64,000 nucleotides of DNA from Phoronis australis (lineage: Eukaryota > Animalia > Phoronida): contig NMRA01000008.1 of the NCBI GenBank assembly GCA_002633005.1, positions 1,193,974 through 1,257,973 on the forward strand, in the 5' to 3' direction. The translations under genes were made by a program, and so were the position numbers. Below are positions 53,595 through 64,000 of this stretch, piece by piece; positions within the stretch are counted from its first letter, which is position 1, and each line of letters starts with the position of its first letter. The notes below the pieces were generated by a model. It was not told the origin of the DNA. It searched no databases and was given only the letters and a program-made list of their open reading frames with translations.

Positions 53595-54288
53595 TGTTGT
53601 AGATGTGCATCCAGTGAATCATATGACCACCCTCTGTTAGCTACTTGCATATGGGCAATTGCCTATAGGCTGAATGGTTAGCACGCTTGCCAGTTTCATC
53701 GGGGTCGCTGTTCAATTCCTAGGTCGGGTAATCTTAGCAATTACTAAAATAGGTGTAGTCGGCAGGATGGATGATACAGCGAGAAAGCACTGCCAATTCA
53801 AAGGCCTGCGGACCTCGGACAGGACATAATTGGTGTGGATCCAGGACACAAGATAGCGTTGCTGACGGAAAACTCCATGACAAAGTGTGGTGTTACTGAG
53901 GGCAAATTCCAGGATGCTAGGGTGTTGCTGAGATCTGAAGCCAGGAGGCGCGCCTGTTTCTTAGGTGTTGAGTGATAGCTTAAGCAGTTAGTTTAATTAG
54001 TTTCCAATAGATATCGATCACCTATAAGCATTGTCTGTCAGTTATGTTTCCAATAAAGGTCAAGACTGAAAGTTGAAATTTCTACTCTAAATGCTGATTT
54101 TGTATAAACAAAATCAATTATCGCAACAGTTGGAAAGGGGGAAATGTTGTAGAAGTGTTTCTAGTGAATCATTTGAGCCTCTGTTAGCCACTCGCTTATG
54201 AGCAATTGCCTATTAGAAGAATGGTTAGCATGTTTGTCAGTCAGGGTCGCTGGTTCGATTCCCGGGTCCGAAAGTCTCAGCTATTACT
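53595..54288 (+). repeat. Two diverged ~150-bp direct repeats, each with a tRNA-like (SINE) head
   Basis: ~53595-53747 and ~54145-54288 share AGTGAATCAT...CCTCTGTTAGC...GCAATTGCCTAT...GAATGGTTAGCA...GGGTCGCTG.TTC.ATTCC. Confidence 0.65.
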
Positions 54289-55293
54289 ATACACTACTAG
54301 TATCTCATTCCTGTATGATGTAATTGCTCATTGTTGATAAGAACAGTTGCGCGTTAATAGTTGACTAGTTGGGTCCCTGATTTAAAATTGATTTGAGAAC
54401 CAGTTATTACCACTGCTGACATTCAGTGGGAGTAACCGCATGGTTCTCAAATCAGGGACCACCCGGCATGGACATCTAAAAATTTTGAGCTCAAGTTTCA
54501 AATCTCTGGGTATCTATATATTGTACAGCAATGAACGGAAGTCTCGGACACCTGTGGTGGTGGAGTGCGGTTTGATGATCATGCAGCTTTGAAGCTTCAG
54601 TTGAAGTCAATTCTGAATTTGGTCATCATCACTAAGTTTGAGTTTCAGACATCATTCATCATTCATTCAAATCAAAATATCAAAATTAAACTTCTTAATG
54701 GCAGGAAATGTATAGATTGTGGAGTCTAGAAACTGGGTTTAGACAAGGCTTGATTCCAGGCTCGCTGTCTTAACATTCACAATTAACGCAATTTAATTAG
54801 TTTTTAAAATTTGGTAACATTTTTAACTCACCAGGCACTCTTATACTTTGGCTCATGACATTGACATCACTTCCGTTATTAAATCAATGCTAACTCTGTT
54901 GAAAAAAAAGTAATTATGCATCTATTACAACTCATACCTTTTGTGAAAAAAGTTGTTAGAGTAATTTTGATTTTTAATCAATTTGAGCTTCAATAGAGTT
55001 CAAATACTGAAAATTAAAAATACGAAGTTAATAATCAAAATAAGCTGTTGAATGGAAAAGTGATGTAGGCTTATAGTGATTAATATTTTTAGGCATATGT
55101 GTTCCTTAATACACAATTGAAGAGGTATTAGTAATAATAAGAATACAGAAAATATTTACTTAGCACATTATTGATTATAAAAATGCAGAAGAATTTATCT
55201 TAAAGACTGTGATTATATTCTTTCAAAGGATCCGGTTTGCAAAAAGTACTAAAGTACTCTGACCTGTCTTGGCGTGTGAAAACCATTCACACA

Positions 55294-55448
55294 ATGTCGG
55301 ACGACGAGCAAATGCAGGAGGATGTCGGCGCAAACGAAGAGAATAATCACGAAGCGCCGCATGAATTTGAGCGTGGTGAACGTGACTTTATGATGAACAG
55401 ACCGCCTAGGTTTCCAATGAGGGGAAGAGGTGGCTGGAGAGGTCCAAG
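55294..55448 (+). CDS. TCERG1: Transcription elongation regulator 1, first coding exon
   Basis: Acceptor at 55227-55228, ATG 55294 (MSDDEQ...RGRGGWRGP), gtgcgt donor, phase 2. Confidence 0.8.
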
Positions 55449-56107
55449 GTGCGTAAACATTCACCTTGCCATGATGTGCAATTTTGCATTTTTTGCAATT
55501 TGTTGAATTTGTGTTACGGTAATTCTTCAGTTATTTCGTACAAAATTAATTGCCAAGATGGTTGCTTTCTTTTTCCATAGGCTGAATACCTTGCTAAAAA
55601 GAATGGTATTTTACCAACCAAATGTTGCTTTGTAACATCTACTCACTGCCAACCGTGTTAGTAATAGGCTAAGAAATTGCAAGTACAGTCGGCTGTAGTG
55701 TAGATTGTGACAAACCATCATTCAAAATCAAATGTGCTGGTTTTAGCTTGACGTTTTTGCAAACGGCGGTTGTCAAAGAAATTTGGCGAAATGTGGGATG
55801 TGCGATCTTCACAATATTTCAAAAGAATTCCTGGATTATGAAATGATCATCCTCTGTTCTGTTGCAGTGTTGGCGTTTCCTGCTCAAGAATTAGCAACCC
55901 AAAATTACGAAATTTTGTTGATAAAATAGACAACCTCCAAAATGGCGATTTTGACGTCTGTTTCAGCTTCCACTAAACTAAGATCTTGATGGTCAGTCTA
56001 GTTTCTAAATCAACCAATTGGATTGAAGTACAAACTAGGCCATTAAGAGAAGGATTAAATTCAGTTTTTGTTCGCAGTTATGATTCACAAACTTTCCATA
56101 TTTCTAG

Positions 56108-56411
56108 AGGGCCTCCACCACCAGGCTACTTTGGACGCGGACCGCCACCACCACATGCCAGGTTCCGAGGACCCCCGCCATTTGGACATAGAGGACCCCC
56201 ACCATTTGGTCCAAGAGGACCTCGCGGACCACCAAGAGGACCCCCGCCATTTGGTCCTCGAGGTCCTCCTCCCCCATTCGATCCTAATTACGGCCCACCT
56301 GGCCCTCCTGGACCCCCTAACATGGGAGGACCACCAGGACCCATGCCACCCCCAGGAATGCCTCCCCCCATGGGCATGCCCCCACCTGGCATGCCACCCC
56401 ATCCAGGAATG
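56108..56411 (+). CDS. TCERG1: TCERG1 exon (RGPPP / PPGM proline-rich region)
   Basis: Includes PPPFDPN..P, reminiscent of the TCERG1 N-terminal proline-rich region; phase 2-0; gtaagc donor. Confidence 0.9.
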
Positions 56412-56633
56412 GTAAGCCAGTTTATCAGGAAATTCTTTTGAATGCTGTGATAACGAATGATTGGTTAGAAATTCAATAACCTGTAAAGCTGGCTTTGAAA
56501 GTTTAACAACTATCATGACTGATGATGTATGCTAATCCACACAGATAACTATAACTTTCAGTTGTGACTGTATTCTCTCATAAGTGAACATCAGATTTCC
56601 CTTAGTTTCTCCATTCGTTTCATTTTCCTTCAG

Positions 56634-56765
56634 CGGCCTCCGATGATGCCTCCACCGGGTATGCCACCTCCAAACTTTTCCGTACCACCTCCAGGCTTCG
56701 GACCACCGCCTGGTAGCCAGCCAGAACCTGAGTTATGGGTAGAAAACAAGACGGCTGAAGGAAAG
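56634..56765 (+). CDS. TCERG1: TCERG1 exon (start of WW1: ELWVENKTAEGK)
   Basis: Matches TCERG1 WW1 (cf. IWVENKTPDGK); phase 0-0. Confidence 0.92.
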
Positions 56766-57614
56766 GTAACGTCTTTAGTGTCATAACAGCTTTGTTAATC
56801 CAAAGCGTTTCACAACTATGCTGCGGGTCATTACATTCTTTTAGTGATGGTTGGAATTTGTGAACTTTTCCCAGTCGATTAATTAGAAAATCGTACGGAT
56901 TGGAGGCACGATTTTCGGTGTTAAGTGACGTTTCTGGCCAGGTTTTTTGCTTAAGGCCTGTACGACTGGATACTCAAAACCTGCATGTTCCGTTTCCCTA
57001 GTAACACTCCATTGATGTTGGCTCTTTAAAGAGTTTTTGCAATATCAGAGGAGACTTCCTGTCATTTAACTGAACTATTAGGGATGTCACAAAATCTAAT
57101 TTAGTGTCTCGGAATGTTGATTCGGCGTTTTTCTTTAGCGACATTGGGTGACAAGTCGTTGAATCCTTGAAACACTATCTTTGATGCATCTCTACTCACT
57201 GGTGAGGTCACTAGAGTTTCCACTTGCCTGTGTGGGTGCAGCAGTTTGACTGTTCTTAAACATGAGGGTCATTATCCTAACTGGAAACTAAATTTTCACC
57301 CTAATGTTGTGAAATTTATGCTGGTGACAGTCTTATTTCCGAACTCTTTTCAATCACTTCTCCGAGCCAGTCAGTTACCATTGATAAATCCAAGTTACAT
57401 CGAGCACTGTTTCAGTAATACAACTATTACTTTAAATTAGGACATATTAATAACACCCAGTATTTGCTTTTGCCACGTGTTATTTTCTCAGCAAGAACTA
57501 TAGAAAACCAGTTTAGTGGTCGTGGGTGGTTTTTGAGGGTGCATTTCACAGTTGCCAATTCAGCTAATTAGCACGGTGCATCCTATATTGCTTTGTTCCT
57601 GTGTTCATTAACAG

Positions 57615-57759
57615 GCGTACTACTATAATGCCAAGACCAGAGAGTCGGCCTGGACAAAACCGGAAGGTGTCAAGATCATCACTCAGCAGGAGGTCGAGCA
57701 AATGGCTCAGCAGGCTATTCAGGGTCAAGGACCTTCAGCTGCCACGCCAGATGCTCAAG
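57615..57759 (+). CDS. TCERG1: TCERG1 exon (rest of WW1: YYYNAKTRESAWTKPEGVKII)
   Basis: Close match to TCERG1 YYYNARTRESAWTKPDGVKVI; phase 0-1. Confidence 0.93.
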
Positions 57760-58508
57760 GTTTGTTTACAATGGAGTCGGTTTTAGGCGATGTATTGATT
57801 TGATTCAAAACCTCAAGTGATTGAAAAATTCCCCTCGAGGTTCGAGTCACTAGTAATTCACACTGGTAACAATTTGAAAGAGCACAAAATGTTAGTTTTG
57901 GCTACTTGAGGCAGAGCCTATGAGGACTTGCAACAGGGTGGGGGTGCTATTGATTATGATCGGGAGATAGAATTTTTCCTCACTCAAAAGGCACACGCAC
58001 CTTTCCCCTTGGTTGAACAAGGGCCCTGACCACTTTTATCCTTGATCAAAGATAGTTGTGGGACACAAGGGGTTTGCAGCATCTTGACTATAAATGGGCA
58101 GATTGACTTATAGAAAGCTTCTGTTTGTGACAGGCTTGAAATATGTCTAGCACAGGCGTAATTAGCTACTCCATGCTGATGTCGGACTTTTCCATTCTTC
58201 GCGAAACGAGGACTCTTCCCTTTTATTTGTCTCCTGAGTTCATGGATAGATGTGTGGTGCTTCTAATGTGCTTATCTTTTAGTGAGTTAAACTGTTACAA
58301 AAGTGTAAATAAACGACATGAGAGATGATTTTTTATTTCGATTTTGTGACTGAAGTTGCTAGGGAAATTAAATGAACAGAAACATTTCCGTGGATCCTTC
58401 CTGTACTGAACAAAAACATTTTCTGTGAACTTTTACTAAATTTAACCAAAGCAGGTTTTCTCGTTTATGTCTAGCACGGTAACTGAAGGCTGCTCATTTC
58501 TTGTCCAG

Positions 58509-58786
58509 CAGGTGGCGCCCAGACATCCGAGGAAGGTGGTAGCCAAGAGCAGGAGGACGCAGCCCCCCAACAACACCACCAACAACAGCAACAACAACAG
58601 CAACAAAAACAGCTGCCCCCGCAACAACAGCCAGTTCAGCCTTTGCCTGGTTGGCCAGGCTTCCAGGGCCCCCCACGTGGCATGGCTCCTCCACACATGA
58701 CTGGCATGCCCCCTCCAGGGTTCAACCCCAACATGATGCCACCGCCAGGCTTCCAACCGCCTGTACAGCAACCCCCTCGACCTCAG
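58509..58786 (+). CDS. TCERG1: TCERG1 exon (polyQ and proline-rich linker)
   Basis: CAGCAG tandem acceptor, open frame, CAG|gtaagc donor, phase 1-0. Confidence 0.85.
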
Positions 58787-59029
58787 GTAAGCTGGCTGCT
58801 GTGAGTCATAATTGTTACCTCTTGAGAAAATTTGAAACATAAGTCAGTTGATTTGCTGGAGTCCCGTTTCCAGTAAAACTAAAAAAAAAGTATATATATA
58901 TATGTATAAGCATGTTGTTTAACATCTGCACATAGATGTCTTATAAGTAAGAAGTATTGTGCACTCTCAGTTTGATATATGATGCATTCTATTCATTAAG
59001 TCTGTTTGGATTCCTGTAAGAGACCGTTT

Positions 59030-59100
59030 GTTCCAGTAGCTCAGTGGACTGGAGCATCTACATTGAAAGAAGGTCCAGGGTTTAAGCTCCGTTCAGGACA
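59030..59100 (+). mobile_element. Degenerate tRNA-derived SINE head
   Basis: GTTCCAGTAGCTCAGTGG A-box with a decayed B-box (GGTTTAAGCTCC); no full cloverleaf. Confidence 0.4.
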
Positions 59101-59588
59101 GAGAGCTTTTCAGACTCAATTGCAGGTCATGTGATGTGACCATGTGACCAACCAGTGGCGTGTATGCAAACTAATAATTATTACTGATGTATCAATTGTG
59201 CTTAAACATGCAATCATTTTCCCAATTGGAGTGAATTCTGCTGCCTTTAATTATCCTAATGGTGGGAAGGGTCTTGTAAAGCACCAATGAAAATTAAGTC
59301 TAGTTGTTGACTTCCACTGGGCACAATTGACCTATCACCAGGATTTTGAGTGTCTGCTTAACTGACCAATCAAACGCAACATTCTTGGCATACCTTTGTT
59401 TCCAAGCTGCCATTTTACCCGACAAACATCACGTTGCCGGGTAAAACTTATTGTTTGCTTGTTGACATTTCGTAAGGGTACAGAGCTTGCGATAAGTCAA
59501 ATGAAATGCGTGTTTGTCAAGGCAATCATCAATTTTACCTCCTTGTTTTAATGTTGTTGTTATGTTTCATTTTCCATTGATTTTCCAG

Positions 59589-59715
59589 CTGCAGAAGCCC
59601 CCGGAGGTGGCTGAGTGGTCTGAACACAAGACTGGTGACGGCCGTGTGTATTACTACAACTCCAAGAGTATGGAGTCGACGTGGGAGAAGCCCAAGGTGT
59701 TGGCAGATTGGGAAG
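59589..59715 (+). CDS. TCERG1: TCERG1 exon (WW2: [27 protein letters not shown])
   Basis: Canonical WW domain, phase 0-1. Confidence 0.93.
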
Positions 59716-60486
59716 GTATAATGCTTGTGAACGCTTGAAGCTGCATTTTGCCCTGTGTGGCTGCGTAGAAATAAAACTGGGTCCTACTCGAGTCGGATTT
59801 TCAGTTATCTCGGACAAAGTTCCTCACTGCGATTGTTCTAGTTTGTGCATCAGGCCCTTCAGATAAGTTGGATTTCACCTTATTCAAATGAAGTCACTTG
59901 ATGCCGTTGAATCCGACTTTTGCGTCTTTTAACATATTTCAAAATTACTAAAAGCTTTGCCAACAAGACCTTCACATTATCAGTTTGGAATGTAATACTC
60001 TCTCAGTTTTCTCTCACTGTGTTCCATTCCATACAGTTCAAGTGTACCTCATCTCGTAGAACACCGTGCACAGCAATACCTGGGTATTTGAGATTAATTA
60101 TGTAAGTGACAAATGAGGTATCCTTGGAATATTTATGAACATTGAACTTACCACAATTGTAAAGAAATTTAGTATAAAACACAATGTTTCGCTTTATCAA
60201 CTAAAGCATTGTTAGTTGAGCACATGTAAACATCAAGTGTTCCAATAGCGAAGTCAGTACAACCACAGTGTACAAGTTATACCAACAATTGGTTACCATA
60301 GCTGCTGGTTGAAAGAGGTCGGGTTATTTAATGAAATTCCTGGCTAGTGATTGCCGTTACTTTAATTTTTTTAATGTGACAGTGGCCCATAGTTTTTGAA
60401 TTTTTACAAGAGTCTTTGAAGATGTCAGAAATCTATGTAGGGTGGAAGAGCAAGTTCATGATATGTTGTTGTGGTTCTGCTTGTAG

Positions 60487-60695
60487 CTTCTTCCAATCCA
60501 AGTGCCCCTCCTCAACAGGCTCCACCGGTTCAACAAGCACCGCCCACTGCTCTGGTACAGCCGACGCCTCAGCAGGCCGCACCTGCCGCTGAAAAATCAG
60601 AGCAGATCCAGGCTGTGTTGAATGGCATTCAAAAAGAGGCTGCAAAGGAAGAAGTCGCTATGGAATCGCAGTCATCTCAAGAATCTACTGAAGAG
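60487..60695 (+). CDS. TCERG1: TCERG1 exon (P/Q/A/E-rich linker)
   Basis: ttgtag acceptor, phase 1-0, open frame. Confidence 0.8.
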
Positions 60696-61022
60696 GTTTG
60701 TGGATTTCGTTACAAAAGTTTCACAGTTTATGTGCTCTGTGGAGTTAACAAAGGATGTACATTGTGTTTGTAGTGGAAGGCTGTACTCACCAGGTGGCAG
60801 TATGAAGTCCCTCTTGATCTTCTGAGTGCATGCTTTTGAACATTTAGGATGGTTATGACACTAGCGCCTCCTAGTGAGTTAAAAGCCGTCTGTTGTTTTG
60901 ATGTAAGTTCAAAAGGTTTTCACTTGCATAGTTTTCTTAGGAATTCAATAGATCTGAACACTAATCGTCCATGCTTCGTAATGTACGGGATATTGTCAAC
61001 TATGTTTCTTTTGCATTTTTAG

Positions 61023-61108
61023 CCAAAGGAAGAACAAATGTCTGAGGAGCAGAAGGCAGCTGAACAGTCCAAGCCTGTGTCCAGCACCCCTATCCCCGGA
61101 ACACCTTG
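61023..61108 (+). CDS. TCERG1: TCERG1 exon (KPVSSTPIPGTPW)
   Basis: Conserved lead-in to WW3, gtgagt donor, phase 0-2. Confidence 0.93.
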
Positions 61109-62390
61109 GTGAGTGACGCTTCTCACATGCAGTAGCTGTGGTTGACTGAGTGCAGAGGTGTGGAATAAGTTAAACATGAGGGCAAATTGCAACATTTGTT
61201 TTGTATTCTATGTACTAAGATATCACTTCGTACGGGTTTTCAAATGTTACATATTTTGAGCATTTATTTGTCTTCAAAGAAATCGGATCAAGGTTAAAGT
61301 TATCTTTTAAGTCGTCTGTGTTTTGAAGTGCCAGGTTAGCGAAGATTGAGGCAGGAAGTATCGGAAAGTGACGGAAGTTGTTGAGAATGAAAAATCGGAT
61401 CAATAAGACGTATCCTTAGTACCAGCGTAGAATACAACTTGTATATGAAATTCTGCTTTTGCGATTGGTCAATTGCAGTTTTTGTGAAGGAATGGCCAAT
61501 GAAAAATGACCTTACTTGGTTTTATACAGTGCGAGATCGTATGCTTTGAAAATTGTGTTAAGATGTCTGGAGGCAAAATTTAGAGGTGGGTATACGGATG
61601 AATTAGATTACATTTAGAAAACGTGTTTAATCACACTGTCTTCAACACTGAAAACCCTGATGCCTACAACACCATTATGGATCAGGAGTTACGAGATGTG
61701 TTGGAAATCGTACAAGTTTTCACTTGCACAATGCGGATTTTTAACATGAAGGTTACAGATTATGTTCTTAATTGGTTTGCAGCCCAGTACTTGGATTTTG
61801 TAGGTATAATTCCTAAATGTTAAGTATAATTGGATTATTGGAGGCTATCTGCTGTAATTTCCCTTATCTAGACCCCTTGGGGGATTTGGGTGAATTATAA
61901 TAACTCCTCCAAATCCCACTCAAAAGCCCGGATAACCTCTCCATTCAATGATTAAAAAGGAATTTCGCTGTTGTTTAGTTGTGACCATTGGAATCTTAAC
62001 TGAAGAGCTTTGTGGTTTAAAAACGTTAACACGCTCACCTGTTCTTGAATTAGTGACAAATAAGCTGTCAACTCCACTCACAGGTAATCCATACATGCAC
62101 CTAGTATTCAGAAATTATAGGGCTGGCGATTTGTATGAAACACTTTTAAGTCGCTGATGGTTCTGCAATTCTTGATAGTGGAACTAGAGTCTTATCATGA
62201 TGGTGAATGTATGAGACAGTATTTTGTGCAGTTAAATGTTAAACCCAGCTTTAATAGCCATGAAACTGGCAGCATTTAGTGCTTATTTATGCTTCTCTGT
62301 ATTGTCACTGCGATATCCTGGTTCTCATAAAGGTGATCAAGTGTCGCATAGTCTCCGGTATTGTCACCTTGCAGTATGCGCTCCTTGCAG

Positions 62391-62574
62391 GTGTGTGGTG
62401 TGGACAGGTGACAACAAGGTGTTCTTCTTCAACCCCAGCCAGCGCCTGTCTGTCTGGGAGGTGCCAGAGGACCTGCAGGGGCGCTCAGACGTTGAGAAGC
62501 TGCTGCAGGCGCCACCTTCAGCCGAGAAGAAGAAGGCAGAAGAAGAGGCGGCGGACGAGCCTGCCAAGAAGAAG
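62391..62574 (+). CDS. TCERG1: TCERG1 exon (WW3: [23 protein letters not shown]); gene continues beyond the window
   Basis: Diagnostic PWCVVWTGD motif of TCERG1 WW3; gtgagt donor; the FF domains are not in this window. Confidence 0.95.
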
Positions 62575-62689
62575 GTGAGTAGTTTTATACACACTGCAGG
62601 TATCATGTTATAGTCGTGTGGTGTGATGGTTAGTCTTCTATCAATTTTCTACTTTTTGTAAACAAAATAGCAAGTGGAAAATGAAAACC

Positions 62690-63949
62690 TTTTTATGCGC
62701 CCGCATATTTATGTGTGGACGCATTATGCCGTCATCTCCGTCCGTCCGGCGTCCATCCGGCGTCCGCTGCTCTATCTCCAAAACCCTTTGACATACGTTC
62801 ATGAAATTTCGCACATATGTTCCATTCATGAATGGGACGGCATGTGCAAACTTTCGGACTGATCCGACTACCGGTGTGCCCCCTAGTGGCAATTTTAGTT
62901 GTTTAAGCTTACCTTTGTATCTTCAAAAGTCCTGAACGGATTTACATGAAATTTGGTATGTAGGCACCTATTAGTGAGGTGACGCTATCCTCCCGTTTTC
63001 AGATGGATTCGACATAATTTGTGCCACCTAGTGGCCATTTTTAGTGTTTTCGAGTCTGTTTTTGTGCGTCCACCCCTCTATCAACCAAACTGCTCAAAGG
63101 ATGATTGTGAAAATTGGCATGTATATGCTTACTATGTAGAGGACGGTTGACGATGATTTTCCGACGATTTCAACTACTGTGGCGCCTCCTAGTTGCAGTT
63201 TTGTTTTTTTGCGCCTATGGCTGTATCTCCTAAACCTTTCGCAGGATCTTTACGAAATTGTGTAAGTATATTTATATGATGTGAACAACGGAAGATGACG
63301 ACTTTTGGACGGATCCGACTACCGGTGTGCCCCCTAATGGCAATTTTAGTTTTTTACACTTACCTTTGTATCTTCAAAAGTCCTGAACGGATTTTCATGA
63401 AATTTGGTATGTAGGCACCTATTAGTGCGATGACGCTATCCTCCCGTTTTCGGATGGATTCGACATAGTTTGTGCCACCTAGTGGCCATTTTTAGTGTTT
63501 TCGAGTCTGTTTTTGTGCATCCACCCCTCTATCAACCAAACTGCTCAAAGGATGATTGTGAAAATTGGCATGTATATGCTTACTATGAAGAGGACGGTTG
63601 ACGCTGAATTTCCCCTGACTTTGATTACTGTGGCGCCTCCTTGTGGCAGTTTTTTTTTGCGCCCATGGCTGTATCTCCCAAACCGTTTGCAGGATCTTTA
63701 CTAAATTTAGCAAGTGTATTTATGTGATGTTGACAACGGACGATGACGACTTAAGGATGATTCTGACTACCGGTATGCCTCTAATGGCAATTTAAGTATT
63801 TTACATTGATCTCTGTATTNTTTTGCAAAGTACAACATACTACGTATATGCCCTCTACTGGCCACTTTATGGTACCAATAAACAACCCTAGAAGGATACC
63901 ATATACGGTGCAATTGTGGGCGCATTTCAACGCTCTGTGTTGCTCTTGT
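62690..63949 (+). mobile_element. Apparently complete HINE-like (Helentron-associated) non-autonomous element with internal higher-order tandem repeat
   Basis: 5' subTIR ATGCGCCCGCA (62695-62705) in a palindrome, (TCCG)-type microsatellite, ~451-bp tandem units (GATCCGACTA at 62861 and 63312, variant at ~63759), 3' subTIR TGTGGGCGCAT (63915-63925) and short hairpin CAACGCTCTGTGTTG (63928-63942). Confidence 0.75.
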
Positions 63950-64000
63950 CATGGAAAGTAGTGGAAAATGTTGTTTAATTATGTCATGGTACGTTTTGAC

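Noticed and set aside
56068-58840. Alternative-frame and antisense ORFs over the TCERG1 proline-rich exons
   Set aside because: By-products of low-complexity Pro/Gly/Gln codons that lack stops in other frames.
59030-59100. Possible tRNA genes here and at ~36470-36535, ~53665-53730 and ~54215-54270
   Set aside because: A/B boxes are present but acceptor and anticodon stems cannot be formed; treated as SINE-derived.
61995-62032. CTGAAGAG...AAAACGTT resembling a second hammerhead
   Set aside because: No paired stem II and no GAAA core; at best a decayed remnant.
62861-63790. Regular repeats that might be taken for a CRISPR array
   Set aside because: Whole ~451-bp units are duplicated with no unique spacers; eukaryotic intron context and no cas genes.

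Overview
Intron-rich eukaryotic genomic DNA, probably from a bilaterian invertebrate (species not identifiable from sequence). Gene models were built by hand from GT/AG sites and frame continuity. (1) The 5' part of an unidentified minus-strand gene (~1-8.6 kb). (2) A complete 8-coding-exon plus-strand gene (14488-28917, ~2032 aa) encoding a very large, divergent Ski/Sno/Dach-family protein; its DHD winged-helix domain lies near aa 1360-1450 and its Ski-type SAND/zinc domain near aa 1780. (3) A complete minus-strand type II phosphatidylinositol 4-kinase gene (PI4K2, 34508-48718) with two paralogous alternative first coding exons, each with its own kinase P-loop. (4) The 5' part of TCERG1/CA150 (plus strand, from 55294, three WW domains), head-to-head with PI4K2. 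Non-coding DNA contains many non-autonomous elements: MITEs, TTAA-flanked elements, tRNA-derived SINE heads and Helentron-associated (HINE-like) elements with arrays of CTCF-like motifs. An intact minimal type I hammerhead ribozyme motif lies at 26753-26800 (minus strand). No database searches were run; homologies are from recognised motifs only.
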